Shown here: in pieces, positions 49,101-61,309 of the stretch
Position numbering within the stretch: position 1 is the stretch's first letter
Layout of the letters: each line of letters begins with the position of its first letter
Assembly: GCF_037042905.1 (NCBI RefSeq)
Contig: NC_087251.1
Location: 13,208,001-13,272,000 of the forward strand
Length of the DNA: 64,000 nt
Source of the DNA: Lytechinus pictus
Lineage: Eukaryota
Direction: 5' to 3'
The notes under the pieces: model-generated
The model's database searches: none
What the model was told of the DNA's origin: nothing
What the model saw: the letters and a program-made list of their open reading frames with translations, nothing else
Made by a program: the position numbers and the translations under genes

Positions 49101-51818
49101 AGTACATATAAAAATTTATGAAATAAAACATATAATACTTAAATCTCAAGCTGACCTATCAAAATAATACACTAGATCAGTTCACTATAGGGGTGTGTGC
49201 AAATTAGAGTTTGGAGGGAAGTTTTTCTCAGACAAATAAGGTTGGAAGTAATCTGATAATTCATTGTTTAGCTCAGACAATATAAAGACAAATGGGGTCT
49301 GCAAGCAGCAAGACCTATCATTTTTAACACATGCATTGAGTTTGAAGGAAAAATATACTTAAGTTTATATTCTTGAAAACGAAACATTAAAGAAGTAATA
49401 TATGTCTAAAATGATAAAGAATTCATATCATAGTTAAAAAGATTATATAGTACACCAAAGGGGTGCTACAAAATGATTGATAAAGTATTTACATTTTTTG
49501 ACCGAACATAGAATTGGGAGGTGACTGCACTTTGTCAAGTAAATGATTGATCTAATTAAGTTTTGTTATAAATTAGTGTCACGTGCCAGTTTACTCGGGA
49601 CACGTTGGTGAAACAACGATCTACTTTCATTTTGATTTGGCGAATAATATCAAAACTTATTTTGAAATGTGAATCTAATAGGTTCCTCCTACTATGTCGT
49701 TACTAGCTGTTTTAATTCTAACCTTATTCTCTTAAAAAACGACACTGACTGAAAAAGTAAAGTAGTTGTGGCATTTTGAAATTGTGTTTAATTATTAAAA
49801 AACCAGTTATCTCTACAATTCAGGTCACAAAAGGAGGAGTGATAATCACTCACTAGTATTTATTTTCTACTTTTACGAAGTATTTCGTTTTGGTAGATGT
49901 GACAACGACGGTGGATAAATGAAAATGTATATATATTTCATAAAATGTAATACAAAAGAAATAGCAAAAGTAAAACATCATCGGCTCTCTTATTTGCATA
50001 CCGCCTGGGTTGTGATTATAATCGTTTTTCTTTAAAGAATGAAACTAACCAATCATAACTTTAATTATTATCAAATTTGTTGTTTTGTTGTCTTAGTTTT
50101 GAATTTGACTGAACTTTCGGTGGAATTCTTAAGATTTTTTTTTTCAGTTTTATTAGAAATTACACTGCTGTAGTGGATAACTTTGAGTGATTCCAATGTA
50201 GAATGTACATCAAAATAATCACCTTTTGATTTCAGTCAGGGTATAAACTGTTACTTTTCTGCGTTATTTAGGGACTACATAGATGATATTTCCCCAGTTT
50301 GGATTGGAAATATATGTAGCTACATGAATATTGCATTTGAAATAATAGTCTAACCCATCTGCTTTACCATCAGTGATAGCTTGAATAATTATACCATGCT
50401 CTGGAAAAATGGCTAAAAGTTTGAGACTACAATATTTCGATAGAAAATGAGAAGAAACATGTATTTCGCCAATCTGTCTAAAACTTTATTAGTTATATCT
50501 TTTCTTGTTTAAAATCAAGAGAAATCTACGTTAGCAAATCGATTTCCATGAAGTTCTCATCAATATTAATCACATTGGCTTCTCAATATAAACTTTAGAT
50601 TCTGGAACACAAAATTAAACAAAATTAAAATAATCTAATATAAAGATAAATCACTGTCATTATAAATAATTATATAAGAACAATGAATACAACATTTTGA
50701 CTGAAAATAATACAGCAAAGGGTAACTTACTATTTGTAAAGACGGTGAGTTTTCAGATCCGCACAAAGCATAACAATCACATCAGTTAATTGAAGGAAAG
50801 AAAGTGATCGTCGTTTATGGACAGTCCACTTTTGTCTTTATGTCTGAAGTATATGAAATATCTCTAAAGCCACGCCTGTAAACTGCTGCTATAGAGTAAC
50901 TCGCTCCCTAGCTTATTGAAAATGTGTCCAGTGTGTGCGCGCACTGCCTCTGTGTTGTTTGGTACCATATTTTGTTGGCGATATTACATGCAGATTGCAG
51001 ATATATCGACCGAATGAAGTGTATTAGATCGTATAAATTCACGCCTGCAATTATATAATTACTCCCTAACATTACATAACCGATATAGTACGATTCTTTT
51101 AATAATAATCACGTATTAAGTTTATTTTATGGAAAATTTGTGGTATCGTTTACTGACGTGATTTTCTCGCACCAACTCCCCATTCAGTTGTTGTTGTTGT
51201 TGTTATTTTAATTAGGCAAACTAGTCAGTTTTGACTATTGTTGCCTTGTAAATTTGCTTTTTTTTTTTCAAAAGGAATAATTTCTTTGTGTTCAATCTAT
51301 ATCAGTTAAAAAGGTCAAGGAAAGATAGGAAAGAAAAGTTCTTAGGAAATCGTGCAAGACCACCTCTCCTGCCCTGTATTAGTACGTTATCCTGACAAGC
51401 CCGCTCGAGGTACATTTCGAGGGCGTCTCAGGAGTACAAACAAATTGTACTCCCTATGTCTCTCAAACGTGAGCAGGTGGCGCTCTATCCGATACCTCGT
51501 AGAACTCCATTTAAAATCCGCAGGTGAAAATTTATGTCAAATCGATCAGATCAATATCAATATATTTTTTTTAAACAAAAAACATTTACAGTAGAGTAAA
51601 TACTGACATTCAAGGGCCATATGATAAAGTGAAAGTGACAAGAAAGGTGCACACATAGACTATTTAGGTGAAAACACCATCGATTACATCATAAACAATT
51701 ACCCCCAAATTGAATAATTTTGGGGGTGAATAAGTGCGGGCGTGTACATTATTATTTGCAATAGAACATTTTTTCGCAAACTTACCCGGCGAGTTGCAGG
51801 TTAAGCCCGAGTCGTAAC

Positions 51819-52715
51819 AGGTGCCATGAGCCTAATTACATCAGGAGGGCTAAAGATATTCGTTCGACCCAACCCATTCGATTTTTTTCAATTTGATATT
51901 GCTGATTGACAAAAGTGTATGAATATGATTCAAATCTAACACTGATTCTAGAAATGGTAACTACTGAACTTCCTTTGCCCAAATTGGGAAGATATATCAA
52001 TGATTTGGAACTATTTTTTGACTGGCGGAAGAATTGGGCTATTTTACTGTTTCAGGTGATGAATTTGATCCCATCATAGTTATCTTCATAAATGGCGATT
52101 TATTTTTAAAATGAGCTGGCTACGGTACCCTTCTCTGGTCAGATATGGAATGTCAGATATATATCCTATCCAAAGGTAGTAAACATTCGACCCTCTAATT
52201 TCACATTTATTTTTTATGAATTTTTCTTAAGTGCCATTTTAACACACATGTCTATGGGGAATGTTTTACGCGCGTGACACCAACAGATCGTAACACACGC
52301 CACAATGCCCTCAGGTGCCACGAGCCTAATTACAACTACAGGAAGGCAAAAGATATAACCCTGATTGTAAAAGTGTATGAATATGATTGACCATCCAACA
52401 CTGATTATAGGGAGGGTAACTATTGAACTTCCTTTGCCCAAACTAGGACGAAATATTGATGACTTTGGAACTATTTTTGTCTGGCGGAAGAATTGGGGCT
52501 TCTTTACTGTTTCAGGTGATGAACTTGATCCCGTGAGGAGATGTCATGTCTTCATAAATGCCGATTTATTTTTAAAATGAGCTAAGGTGCCCTATTCTGG
52601 TCAGATACAGAATGTCTGATATATCCTATCCACTGGTACATTCAACTTAATATTTTATTAAATTTTTAACAGTGCCGTTTTAACACGAGTCTATATGTTT
52701 TACGTGCGTGATCAC
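51819..52715 (+). repeat. Diverged tandem duplication, two units with a period of about 490 bp
   Basis: AGGTGCCA.GAGCCTAATTACA, GAACTTCCTTTGCCCAAA, GGCGGAAGAATTGGG and TTTCAGGTGATGAA recur in units starting at ~51819 and ~52313. Confidence 0.85.
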
Positions 52716-52775
52716 CTCAGCTCCAACACGAGGCATAACCGCTCTTGACGCATGCTCTGCTGGTCAAGAAGGAAT

Positions 52776-52988
52776 ACAGTAAAAAAATTATACAACGCTG
52801 TTTACTATATGAACCTTACAATAATTGTTTAAACAGTTTAAACAAGTGTTTAAATCTTAAGCAACAAAGTTTTATTTTCAATATCTAATCTTAAATGAAA
52901 CATGATTGTTTAAACGGTTAAACAAATACTGTAAGGTTCATATAGTAAACAGCGTTGTATAAAATCTTAAACAGTGTTTTTACTGTGA
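52776..52988. mobile_element. Palindromic MITE (ACAGTAAAAA...TTTTTACTGT)
   Basis: Long inverted arms TATACAACGCTGTTTACTATATGAACCTTACA / TGTAAGGTTCATATAGTAAACAGCGTTGTATA. Similar fold-back elements lie at ~29370-29484 and ~34372-34613. Confidence 0.75.
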
Positions 52989-53531
52989 AGTTCTCAAAGT
53001 TTTATATACGGAAGAAAGGAAGTATTGACTTTTATCTCAAGAAATCATTCTCAACATAGAGTATATCATGTTAGTAATGCTTTTATGATCGATTTTTTTT
53101 TTAAACAAATGTATTTCTTAACAAGCAGGTAGAGGGGGGTTGAAACATAACTATGAATAAAAAATCTTCCCTGGTTCCTATCTGTTTTGATACCCCCCCC
53201 CCCTATCCCCAAGACAACGTTATGCCGCTCCTGAGTGCATATATTTTGCAACTTAAAAAAAGATAAGAAAAGTATATGCCCATCTTATCTATAACACCTA
53301 CAAACTCTTACTTGGTTTACTCTGGAATCAAGAAGGAAATATTTCATGATGTCGTTTGTAATGAAGATTTAATAATAGGATCACAGCAGAGAACTCATTG
53401 GCCTAAGTTCCAACACATTCCAGCTATAGTGCTGAACGTTTATAAAAAATCAACCTTCTCAGTTATACTTTAAGTTTAGTTCCACATTTTATTGAAGCAA
53501 TAAAAACTCTGGACAAATGCCCTCACAATCA

Positions 53532-54300
53532 TATTGAATTGAATTGAATTGAATTTATTCAAACCAGTCAAAGGAGAACAAAGTACAAACAAAATAAATG
53601 GTTACATTATAAAGAACTGAAACAAATGACAGGTTTGGGACCCCAAAGAAGCACAGCTTGTAATCAGGGGCCCCTGCATATGATATTTTACTCAAACATG
53701 GAATAACTATGAGAAGAAAAAAAATACAAGGAATTTTAAAGATCACAACAGGAATATTACCCACACGCAAGCATACACACACTCACACAGACAAACACAC
53801 CCTTTCACACTAACTAACAACTGGTCTTAAATTTATCAAGTAGGTATTTATGACATAATTTCTTAAACCGAGACAGGGTACTGCTACTTCTTATATCAGC
53901 AGGACACATATTCCATTCTTTAACGCAAATTGTTCTGAAGGATTTCAATGTAGCATTAATTCTAGCAAAGGGTTGGTGAATAAGATGTCTCTGACGTGTG
54001 TTATAATTATGAATCTTAGAATTAACCACAAAATTTTCTTGTAAAAAAGAACAATGCAGGGATTGGTATTTATACATGAAAATAACACAGTTCAGCGAGA
54101 CCATTTCATTAAATGGTAACATATTCAACTGCAAAAAAAGCGGGGAACTTGGAGCCAGATAATTTGAATTTGTTACATATCTTATAGCTTTCTTTTGAAG
54201 AACTTGTGGTTTACGTACATGAGTCCTATATGTATTCCCCCAAGCAATATTGCAATACATTAAATGTGGCACAATTAGAGCATTATATAAAGAAACCAAT
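53532..54300 (-). mobile_element. CR1-group (L2/Crack/Daphne-like) LINE 3' fragment
   Basis: ORF LYNALIVPHLMYCNIAWGNTY..LQKKAIR..HNYNTR..EWN..FKK, a 3' UTR stem-loop, AATAAA and a (CAATT)n tail. Confidence 0.85.
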
Positions 54301-54489
54301 GGACTAAAGACCGGTTTGATTCTGAAGTGGATTGGGGAGGTTTGGAGAGGAAGGCCTGCGGGTTATATAATTATGCTGGTTATTGATTTAGGCTTAACCT
54401 TTTCCACCTTTGATATACCAAGGCAGCCTTTCCCGCTCATCTAGGCCTTATTTTATCCAATTACCTGCTTGCCGATTCTCTGGAAGTTA

Positions 54490-56403
54490 TACCTTGGTCA
54501 CATTTGCTACGGCCGCCGTAGATTCTAAAATTTCTACGGCGAGTAGCAATTCTACGGTCGCCGCAGAATTTCCACGGCCATTTACTCTAGCGGTCACATA
54601 TGTTACGGTCGCCGCACGGCGTATTTTTTAATTTATGGAGAAAAAAATCTGCGGCTGACGCATGTCCTTGAAATCATGACGTACGGTCGCAGTAGGGCGA
54701 CCCTGCGCTGGCCGTAGGTTTTTGACAAATACTACGGCAGACGCAAGGTGGCCGCAAGGCGCCCTCACGGCGGCTGCAGGGGGACTATACAGTGAGTATA
54801 CCATGAATTGCCTGTCACACTCATCATGATATTTTACATTAGACATTTCATTTCAGAAAGTTTTCAAAGTGTCGCACCATGCCCATGCCCGTATTCTGGT
54901 TGGGAGGGAGGGGGGGGTCGGGGAAAGGGGGCGCCAGAAAGAGGGAGGAAAGAAAGGAAAAGAAAAGGGAGATAAAAAGGAGGGAGATAAAAAAGGAGGG
55001 GAAAGAAGAGAAAGAGAAAAGGGAGAAAAGAAAGATAGAAGGAAACAAGAAGAAGAGAAAAGGAGAGAAGAGAAAAGGGGAAAGGGGGAGTAATAAAAGT
55101 GTGTGTGTGGGGGGGGGGCAAATTGATGTTCGACCTAGGAAAGGGGGGGGGGTTCGCCAAATTAATGTTTGACACTGATCTGAATATTATATGATCAGTA
55201 ATGTTCGACCTAGGAAGGGGGGGGGGCAAATCGAACTTTGGGGTGATTCGCGCTTCGCGCTCGCATCGAATGATTAGTTAGATGGACATCCTGTTAATGA
55301 TTACCTAGTGATTACCTAAATTGCGTAGAATGTCTAGTTTTGGAACGGAATATAAAAAAGGTTCAGCTCGCGCTTCGCGCTCGGATCGAATAATTTTTAA
55401 GTGCCCATCCTGTTCATGATTGCCAATAATGCTTAGAATTTCCAAACTTGGGTCATTTTGGAATATAGACAATTTTCAGCTCACCCTGACATATAGAGAG
55501 ATACCCATCCTGCTCATGCTTACAAAACTTCTCAGAATATTCTATTTTCAGGTCTATACACAAGCTATCAAAAATCACGTTCGCATTATTTATTTGGACT
55601 TATGAAATAAATTTCCCTTAACCATGTTAACTTGTTTGTATGAATAAAGTTAATATGTTAATAAACGCGCTAGTCTTAAGTAAGAACTACACCCTAGGAA
55701 ACAACAAAAATCAGCATTTAACTCCCCATGATAATACTAATAATAATGATAATGATAATAACGTCATATTTCACCCAAGTTAGCCGCTGGTGAAAGGGCA
55801 ATATCTGTGCTTCCTGGTCACATTTGTTTTTTAAATTACATCATATTCATGGATAGATTACTTTTTATCAAGTCATTATTAAAAAAGTGGTCTGCAGTTG
55901 CCCTTTTTCATACGATAATGAAATAAGATAATTCATCATGCATTTATGGCACCTGTTTGCCTGACAAGGAAGGGTCGCCATTTTTTTTTTGAAAAGTACA
56001 CATGCATATGGGCCAAAATTATAGGTCGGGCCCCCGAGGTGCAAAATTCTAAACACGCGCCTGGTGGCTCCCGAGCAGATCACACAAAAGGAGAAGGGGA
56101 AAGGAGGGACGAAAAACACGAGGGCAGCCGCACGGCCACCGTACGCTCGACGTACGGCCGCCGTAGACCGTTCTACGCCATGCCTACGGCTAGTCTAATT
56201 TCTACGGCGAGCGTAGAAAAGAAAAAATGTTATAACTCCGAGTTAAAATTCTACGGCCACCCCTACGGTCTGTAAAAAGTAGGAATCCGCCGTACGTCGA
56301 CCCTGCGGCCACCGCAGATTTTCTGCGGCCGCCGCAGAAATCTCTCGAATTCAGGTATCTACGGCCGCCGTACGGCCGCCGTAGAGCAAATGTGACCAAG
56401 GTA
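54490..56403. mobile_element. Larger member of the GGTCACATTTGC(TC)TACGGC family with unrelated sequence in its middle
   Basis: TTA|TACCTTGGTCACATTTGCTACGGCCGCCGTAG ... CGGCCGCCGTAGAGCAAATGTGACCAAGGTA|TTA. CTACGGC-rich subterminal blocks lie at 54490-54780 and 56120-56403. The TTA duplication suggests PIF/Harbinger. Confidence 0.75.
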
Positions 56404-57199
56404 TTACTGACTGGCATAATATCAGAAGAAATATATCAACACTTGAAAGATTAAAAGATACTACCATGGGAACAGAAGGGATGTAGAAAAGGAAGTAGAG
56501 GAACAAAAGAACAACTAGGCATCGACGAAGGAATTATGAAAGACAGCAAGAAAAGAAAAAACGAACCTCGCAACGGCATGGATTGACTACAAGAAAGCAT
56601 TCGACATGGTTCCGCACTCTTGGATACTTCCCTGACAACCTGCGTGCCAATATTCGGCGCGAGAAATTTTGCATTTTTTTGTAAATGGGGCAAATTTAAG
56701 CTCTTTAACTACATTCGACTTTGAATGATTTATTGTTCTCCATCATAAAAGACCACAAATAGTAGAGGGGGATTTGATATTATGCCCCCCTTTCCAAAAA
56801 GTGAGGGACACGTTTCCCTCGGGTTCCCGCCCATGAAGAAGGGAAAATAAGAGTAAAGAATAAAGTATTCAAAGAAGTTTCAATCCAATTCAATTAAATT
56901 TTATTGTCATCTGATTGACATTTTATCAAATTCCACATGAAATATAAAAAATGTTGAAATAAAACAATGAATGAATGTAGTAGGCCTATACAATATGTAA
57001 ATAAGATTTATGAAAGAAGGTGTAACCCCCCCCCCCCCAGAAAGTAAAATTGCAATTTTTTTACATGAATGACATGAGAATTATTATTAAATATTACCCA
57101 TGAAAACTAGAGCTTATTTCCAAAAGGAGTTCTTCAGAAAATCTTAAGTTGGTAGAAATATTGCAATTATATTCTACGTTTTCTAGTCGCTTTTTCTCA

Positions 57200-57915
57200 A
57201 TGCATATCACACATTTTCACATTTCTTTTTGCCATTTTATGCAATGCACTTCTCACTCATTCGCCATTTCGTCTTAGTTTTATCGCCCCTTTTCTCTGAT
57301 TTATGCAATGCACTTCGTACAACCCATTCGCCCTTTTCTTTCTTTTTTCTAACCTTTTTTTTCTGTTTCATGCTCTCACCTCTTACTACTCATCTGCCCT
57401 TTTCTCTCCGTTGTCCCGCCATTTTCTCTCCGTTTCATGGAATGCACTCCTTGGGACCCATTCACAATTTTCTCTCCGTTTATGCACTGCACGCCTTATA
57501 CCCATTAGCCCTTTTGTCTCCGTTTTCTCGCCCTTTTTTTCTCCGTTTTATGCAACGCGCGCCTTACTACCCATTCACCCTTTTGTCTCCGTTTTCTCGC
57601 CCTTTTCTCTCCGTTTATTAGCCGTTTTCTTTCAGTATCTTCACTCCTCTAACAGGATCCTCGTCCTTAACATTCGCCGTTTTCTCGCCGTTTTCATGGG
57701 GATATCAATAGCTCCGCTAATATTGAACAATGATGGCACTCCATAATAATTCAAGATTTACGTAAGAAACCTAATGTAGCCGTTTTTTCTCCAAAAATTC
57801 TCCCTTTCTTCGCCCTTTTCTAGCCGTTTTCAAAACGGCGAAAAAACTGCAACTTTGAATTTCCCATAGGTTATAACACACAAAACGGCGAAAAAAGGGC
57901 GAAAAAACTGCAGTG
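57200..57915. repeat. Degenerate TTTCTC(T/G)CCGTTTT repeat cluster, probably the subterminal region of a DNA transposon
   Basis: Repeated TTCTCTCCGTTT/TTCTCGCCCTTT motifs, with inverted AAAACGGCGAAAAAA copies at 57832-57910. Confidence 0.5.
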
Positions 57916-58030
57916 GCTCACTGTGCTAGATTTCTGGAAGAAGTCCGGTTGCTGTTTAATATACCAACAGAACATCAAGTTGTGGACAATGGAAATAATA
58001 ATGATAATAATAATAATGATAATAATAATA

Positions 58031-58225
58031 GCAGGAAATTTATCCACACTGTGCTGCACTCGACCCAGGTGAGGTGAATGGGTACCCGGTAGGATTAATT
58101 CCTTGCATGCACTGAGCGCCGGTGATGGTAGCTCGAGCTAAAGCCGGGGTAATAATAGCAGCGCTTTGTATCCTCAGGCAAAAAGCGCTATATAAATCCA
58201 GCTATTATTAATATTATTATTATTA
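58031..58225 (+). mobile_element. 5'-truncated copy of the same SINE family as 20509-20795
   Basis: GAAATTTATCCACACTGTGCTGCACTCGACCCAGGTGAGGTGAATGGGTACCCGGTAGG..AGCGCTATATAAAT..(TAT)n. The tRNA head is missing. Confidence 0.85.
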
Positions 58226-60697
58226 ATAATAACAATAATGATAATAATGATAATAATAGCAATAATAATAAGTGGCGTAATGCATAATTTCAATTTGATT
58301 ATAATGTACCTCCCCCATGCAGACAGCGCCATCTCTTCAGATGCCACTAGTGTGAATATGACACGGGCGTAGATCCCGGTGGGGGAATATATCTCCCCAC
58401 TTTTCGGGAGAGGGGGATGGCATATGTACAATCATCTCCCACAATTTTCACGAAAGAAACGATATTTGTTTGAATTATCAAATGATTAATACTGCTCCTA
58501 ATGCATGTATTCATCTTCAGATACAGTAAAAGTGCTCGAATTTGCCTAAGTTTACATTCTTAAAAACGCAAAAATTTTCACGCGCTCGCTCCGCTCCCGC
58601 GTTCGATATATTCTTACAAAAATTTGACCATGGCAAATTCTTATGTTTAGCTTATTGCAAAAGTTTTTTCAGCTAACATGTGAGTATAGTTGTAATAAAT
58701 CCATTCATGAATTGAATAATTTAAATGACTTTTAAATGAATCGGTTACAAATTTGATCATAAACGAATAAAAACTTCATTGGTCATATCCTGGCATCATT
58801 GTGGAAGCAGGAGATGATTGTACAAAAAATATACTTTTATACCCTGTACTTCAAGTTTATTATACGATGAGTTACTGATGACATTGATCAAATCATTCAG
58901 GCTTCTTACGACAACAATATTTCCTACATATCCTACAATTTTATTTATTTTTATAGGATATTTTCAAACGCATTTATTGACGCAACAATCTAATGAATAT
59001 GTCAAATAGGAAATTTGCTGGAAATTTTGAACGTTGCATCATCTCTCAATATAATCTTAAATATTATTCAAAATTTTCCCTATATCTGCAATCTTTTCAT
59101 CTTTATTTGCATCATTGTGCCTTTTCCGCATTTTTTGAAGTTTATATTATGGGATGTGATGGCCTTAAAATCATTTCATAAGGCACCGTTATTCCCGATA
59201 ATCATGATCCCATATTTTTTATTCTTAACTCACTTCTAACTAGTGAGCAAATGAGTTTTCATTTAACAAATCTCGACTGTTTAATCCTTTTTTTTTAATA
59301 TAACAACAATCAAACTGTTCTTGCTCTAATGCCCGTTTCGTAGTTTAAGTTAATGGATATGGCGTGTGTGTTTTAAATGAATTGTCTTTTTATGTGTCTA
59401 TACTTTTCTTCTTCAAATAATGCATGATACTATTTATCTAGGCAAGTTTGTTAATAGGGATCGTATAACTATTTTGATTTGTTATGAATTGTGTAATTAT
59501 GTGACTTAATTACTATCATGTTTATATTAATTGTAAAAAGATTCTGCAATTCAGCCTTTGGCTGCGACTGAATTTTTTAAATAAACCATTACCATTACCA
59601 TTTATATTTATTTTCCCTTTCATTATTGATAAATTACCATTACTCTCTTATGCACATTGTTTTAAACGACTGAAGCAAATTTTTAAAGGCTCTCTCACTA
59701 CGCTCGCTCGCCACAATTCTCCTCTTATTTCACATCCCTTAAAAGACGTTTTTTTTAATCATTCTGAAAATGGGTTCGCTTCGCTCGTTCGCATCAAGAT
59801 ATTAACTGTAATTCAGTAGTTTATATCATTGAAATTAAAGAAAAAGGTAAAAGATATGAATAAAATATAACGATAAGTAATAAAATTGTGTGAGAAGAAG
59901 TGAGAATTTTTTTAGATGAAGTAAAATGGCGACAATAGTCAAATATGACTAATCGCCACTCAAACCAAAAAGAAAAAGAATCTGTGTTGGAGGAAAAACG
60001 GAAAGCAATTGGAATAAAACAGATACATTTTAACATTTTGTGACAACTTTGCCACCCTTATTATCATTGTACCCCTAGGTGAGCACAGACTTTACCCTTT
60101 TGGCCTTTTTGTTCCAGCTGCAACTGAGGACATTAATGAATGTAAACAAAAGTTTCTTTCAGACATCTCCAGCATTAACTTTTTAATATTTTTTTTTCAT
60201 GGCATTTAAAGTAGGCTTACATTTCATATTTAATTTAATAGTATTTCTCTACACTTTTGCCAAGCATGGCATTGATTAACAGAAGGAAAATAGAGCCTAT
60301 GCCATTTCATGTGAATCACAGCTCCGTGTAAAGCAGATATCATCACGATGGTCTCGGTGTGTGGGGGAGGGGTGGGGCGCATTTGGCAGGTTATATAGGT
60401 AAATGATGTTTTCGAATCAATCTTCTTAGCTCATCCATGTGCTCTTCACGATGAAAGTTTACTTTTATCCATATTGCGCAAATCATTTTTTACGAACTTT
60501 AAAGTAAGTGGTGCTCACTCAAGCAGAATTTTTTTTTTTCGACATATCGTCATTCTCTTAAAGAGATCTTTGCCAATGCATAAATGTGGAAAAAAACTTT
60601 AGGATCATTTACCTATATATTATTTCATAAGATTATTTCTAGGCGTAAACTTGTTTTGATGCGCACTGTATATCACCAGGAGCTGGACATTGAGATA

Positions 60698-60937
60698 CAG
60701 TGGTGCTAAAAAGTAAGTGAACCCCACCAGAAAATGAACATAAAAATATTTAAAAGTGATCAAATTCTGCCATCATTTTGGATATTTAATTGTGAAGAAA
60801 GGCGATAAAATATTACATTCGATAAAGTTTGTTTTTTTCTAGGCTCGCTGAACATTGAAGTTTTGTTGTCTACGTTTAACACTCGGCACGAAGGAGTGCA
60901 TTTTCTGGTGGGGTTTACGAACTTTTTAGCACCACTG
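60698..60937. mobile_element. Tc1/mariner-type MITE
   Basis: TA|CAGTGGTGCTAAAAAGT..CCCCACCAGAAAATG ... CATTTTCTGGTGGGG..ACTTTTTAGCACCACTG|TA. Confidence 0.85.
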
Positions 60938-61309
60938 TATAGCTTATTAAGGAACAGAAGATGCAGCCACGGTCCGCCCAAGAACTGAATCTTGAACTTT
61001 ACTATTGCATTGTGTTTTGTGCTTGAACTTCGAAGATACCTTAATCGCGTTCCGTTCAACACATAGATGTATACGGTAGGCACTTTTGATGACAAAGTAC
61101 AGTGAGGGGCGATAAAATGTCCAGCTCCTACGTCACTATCCATCCGACGGTTCGCCGATGAATATTCATTAGATCGTGGTCGTGTGCATGTGTGTGTGTA
61201 CAATACCAAGTGTGAACAACCAACGAGAGTTTTCATATGGTGTGTGTGTGTATAAAACAACGTAGGAGTTTAGAGTGTAGAAAATAAGTGTTTGATGAAG
61301 TTTACATAA

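Noticed and set aside
60760..61260. 166-aa minus-strand ORF
   Set aside because: It has a non-ATG start, runs through a MITE and TG microsatellites, and shows no recognisable homology.
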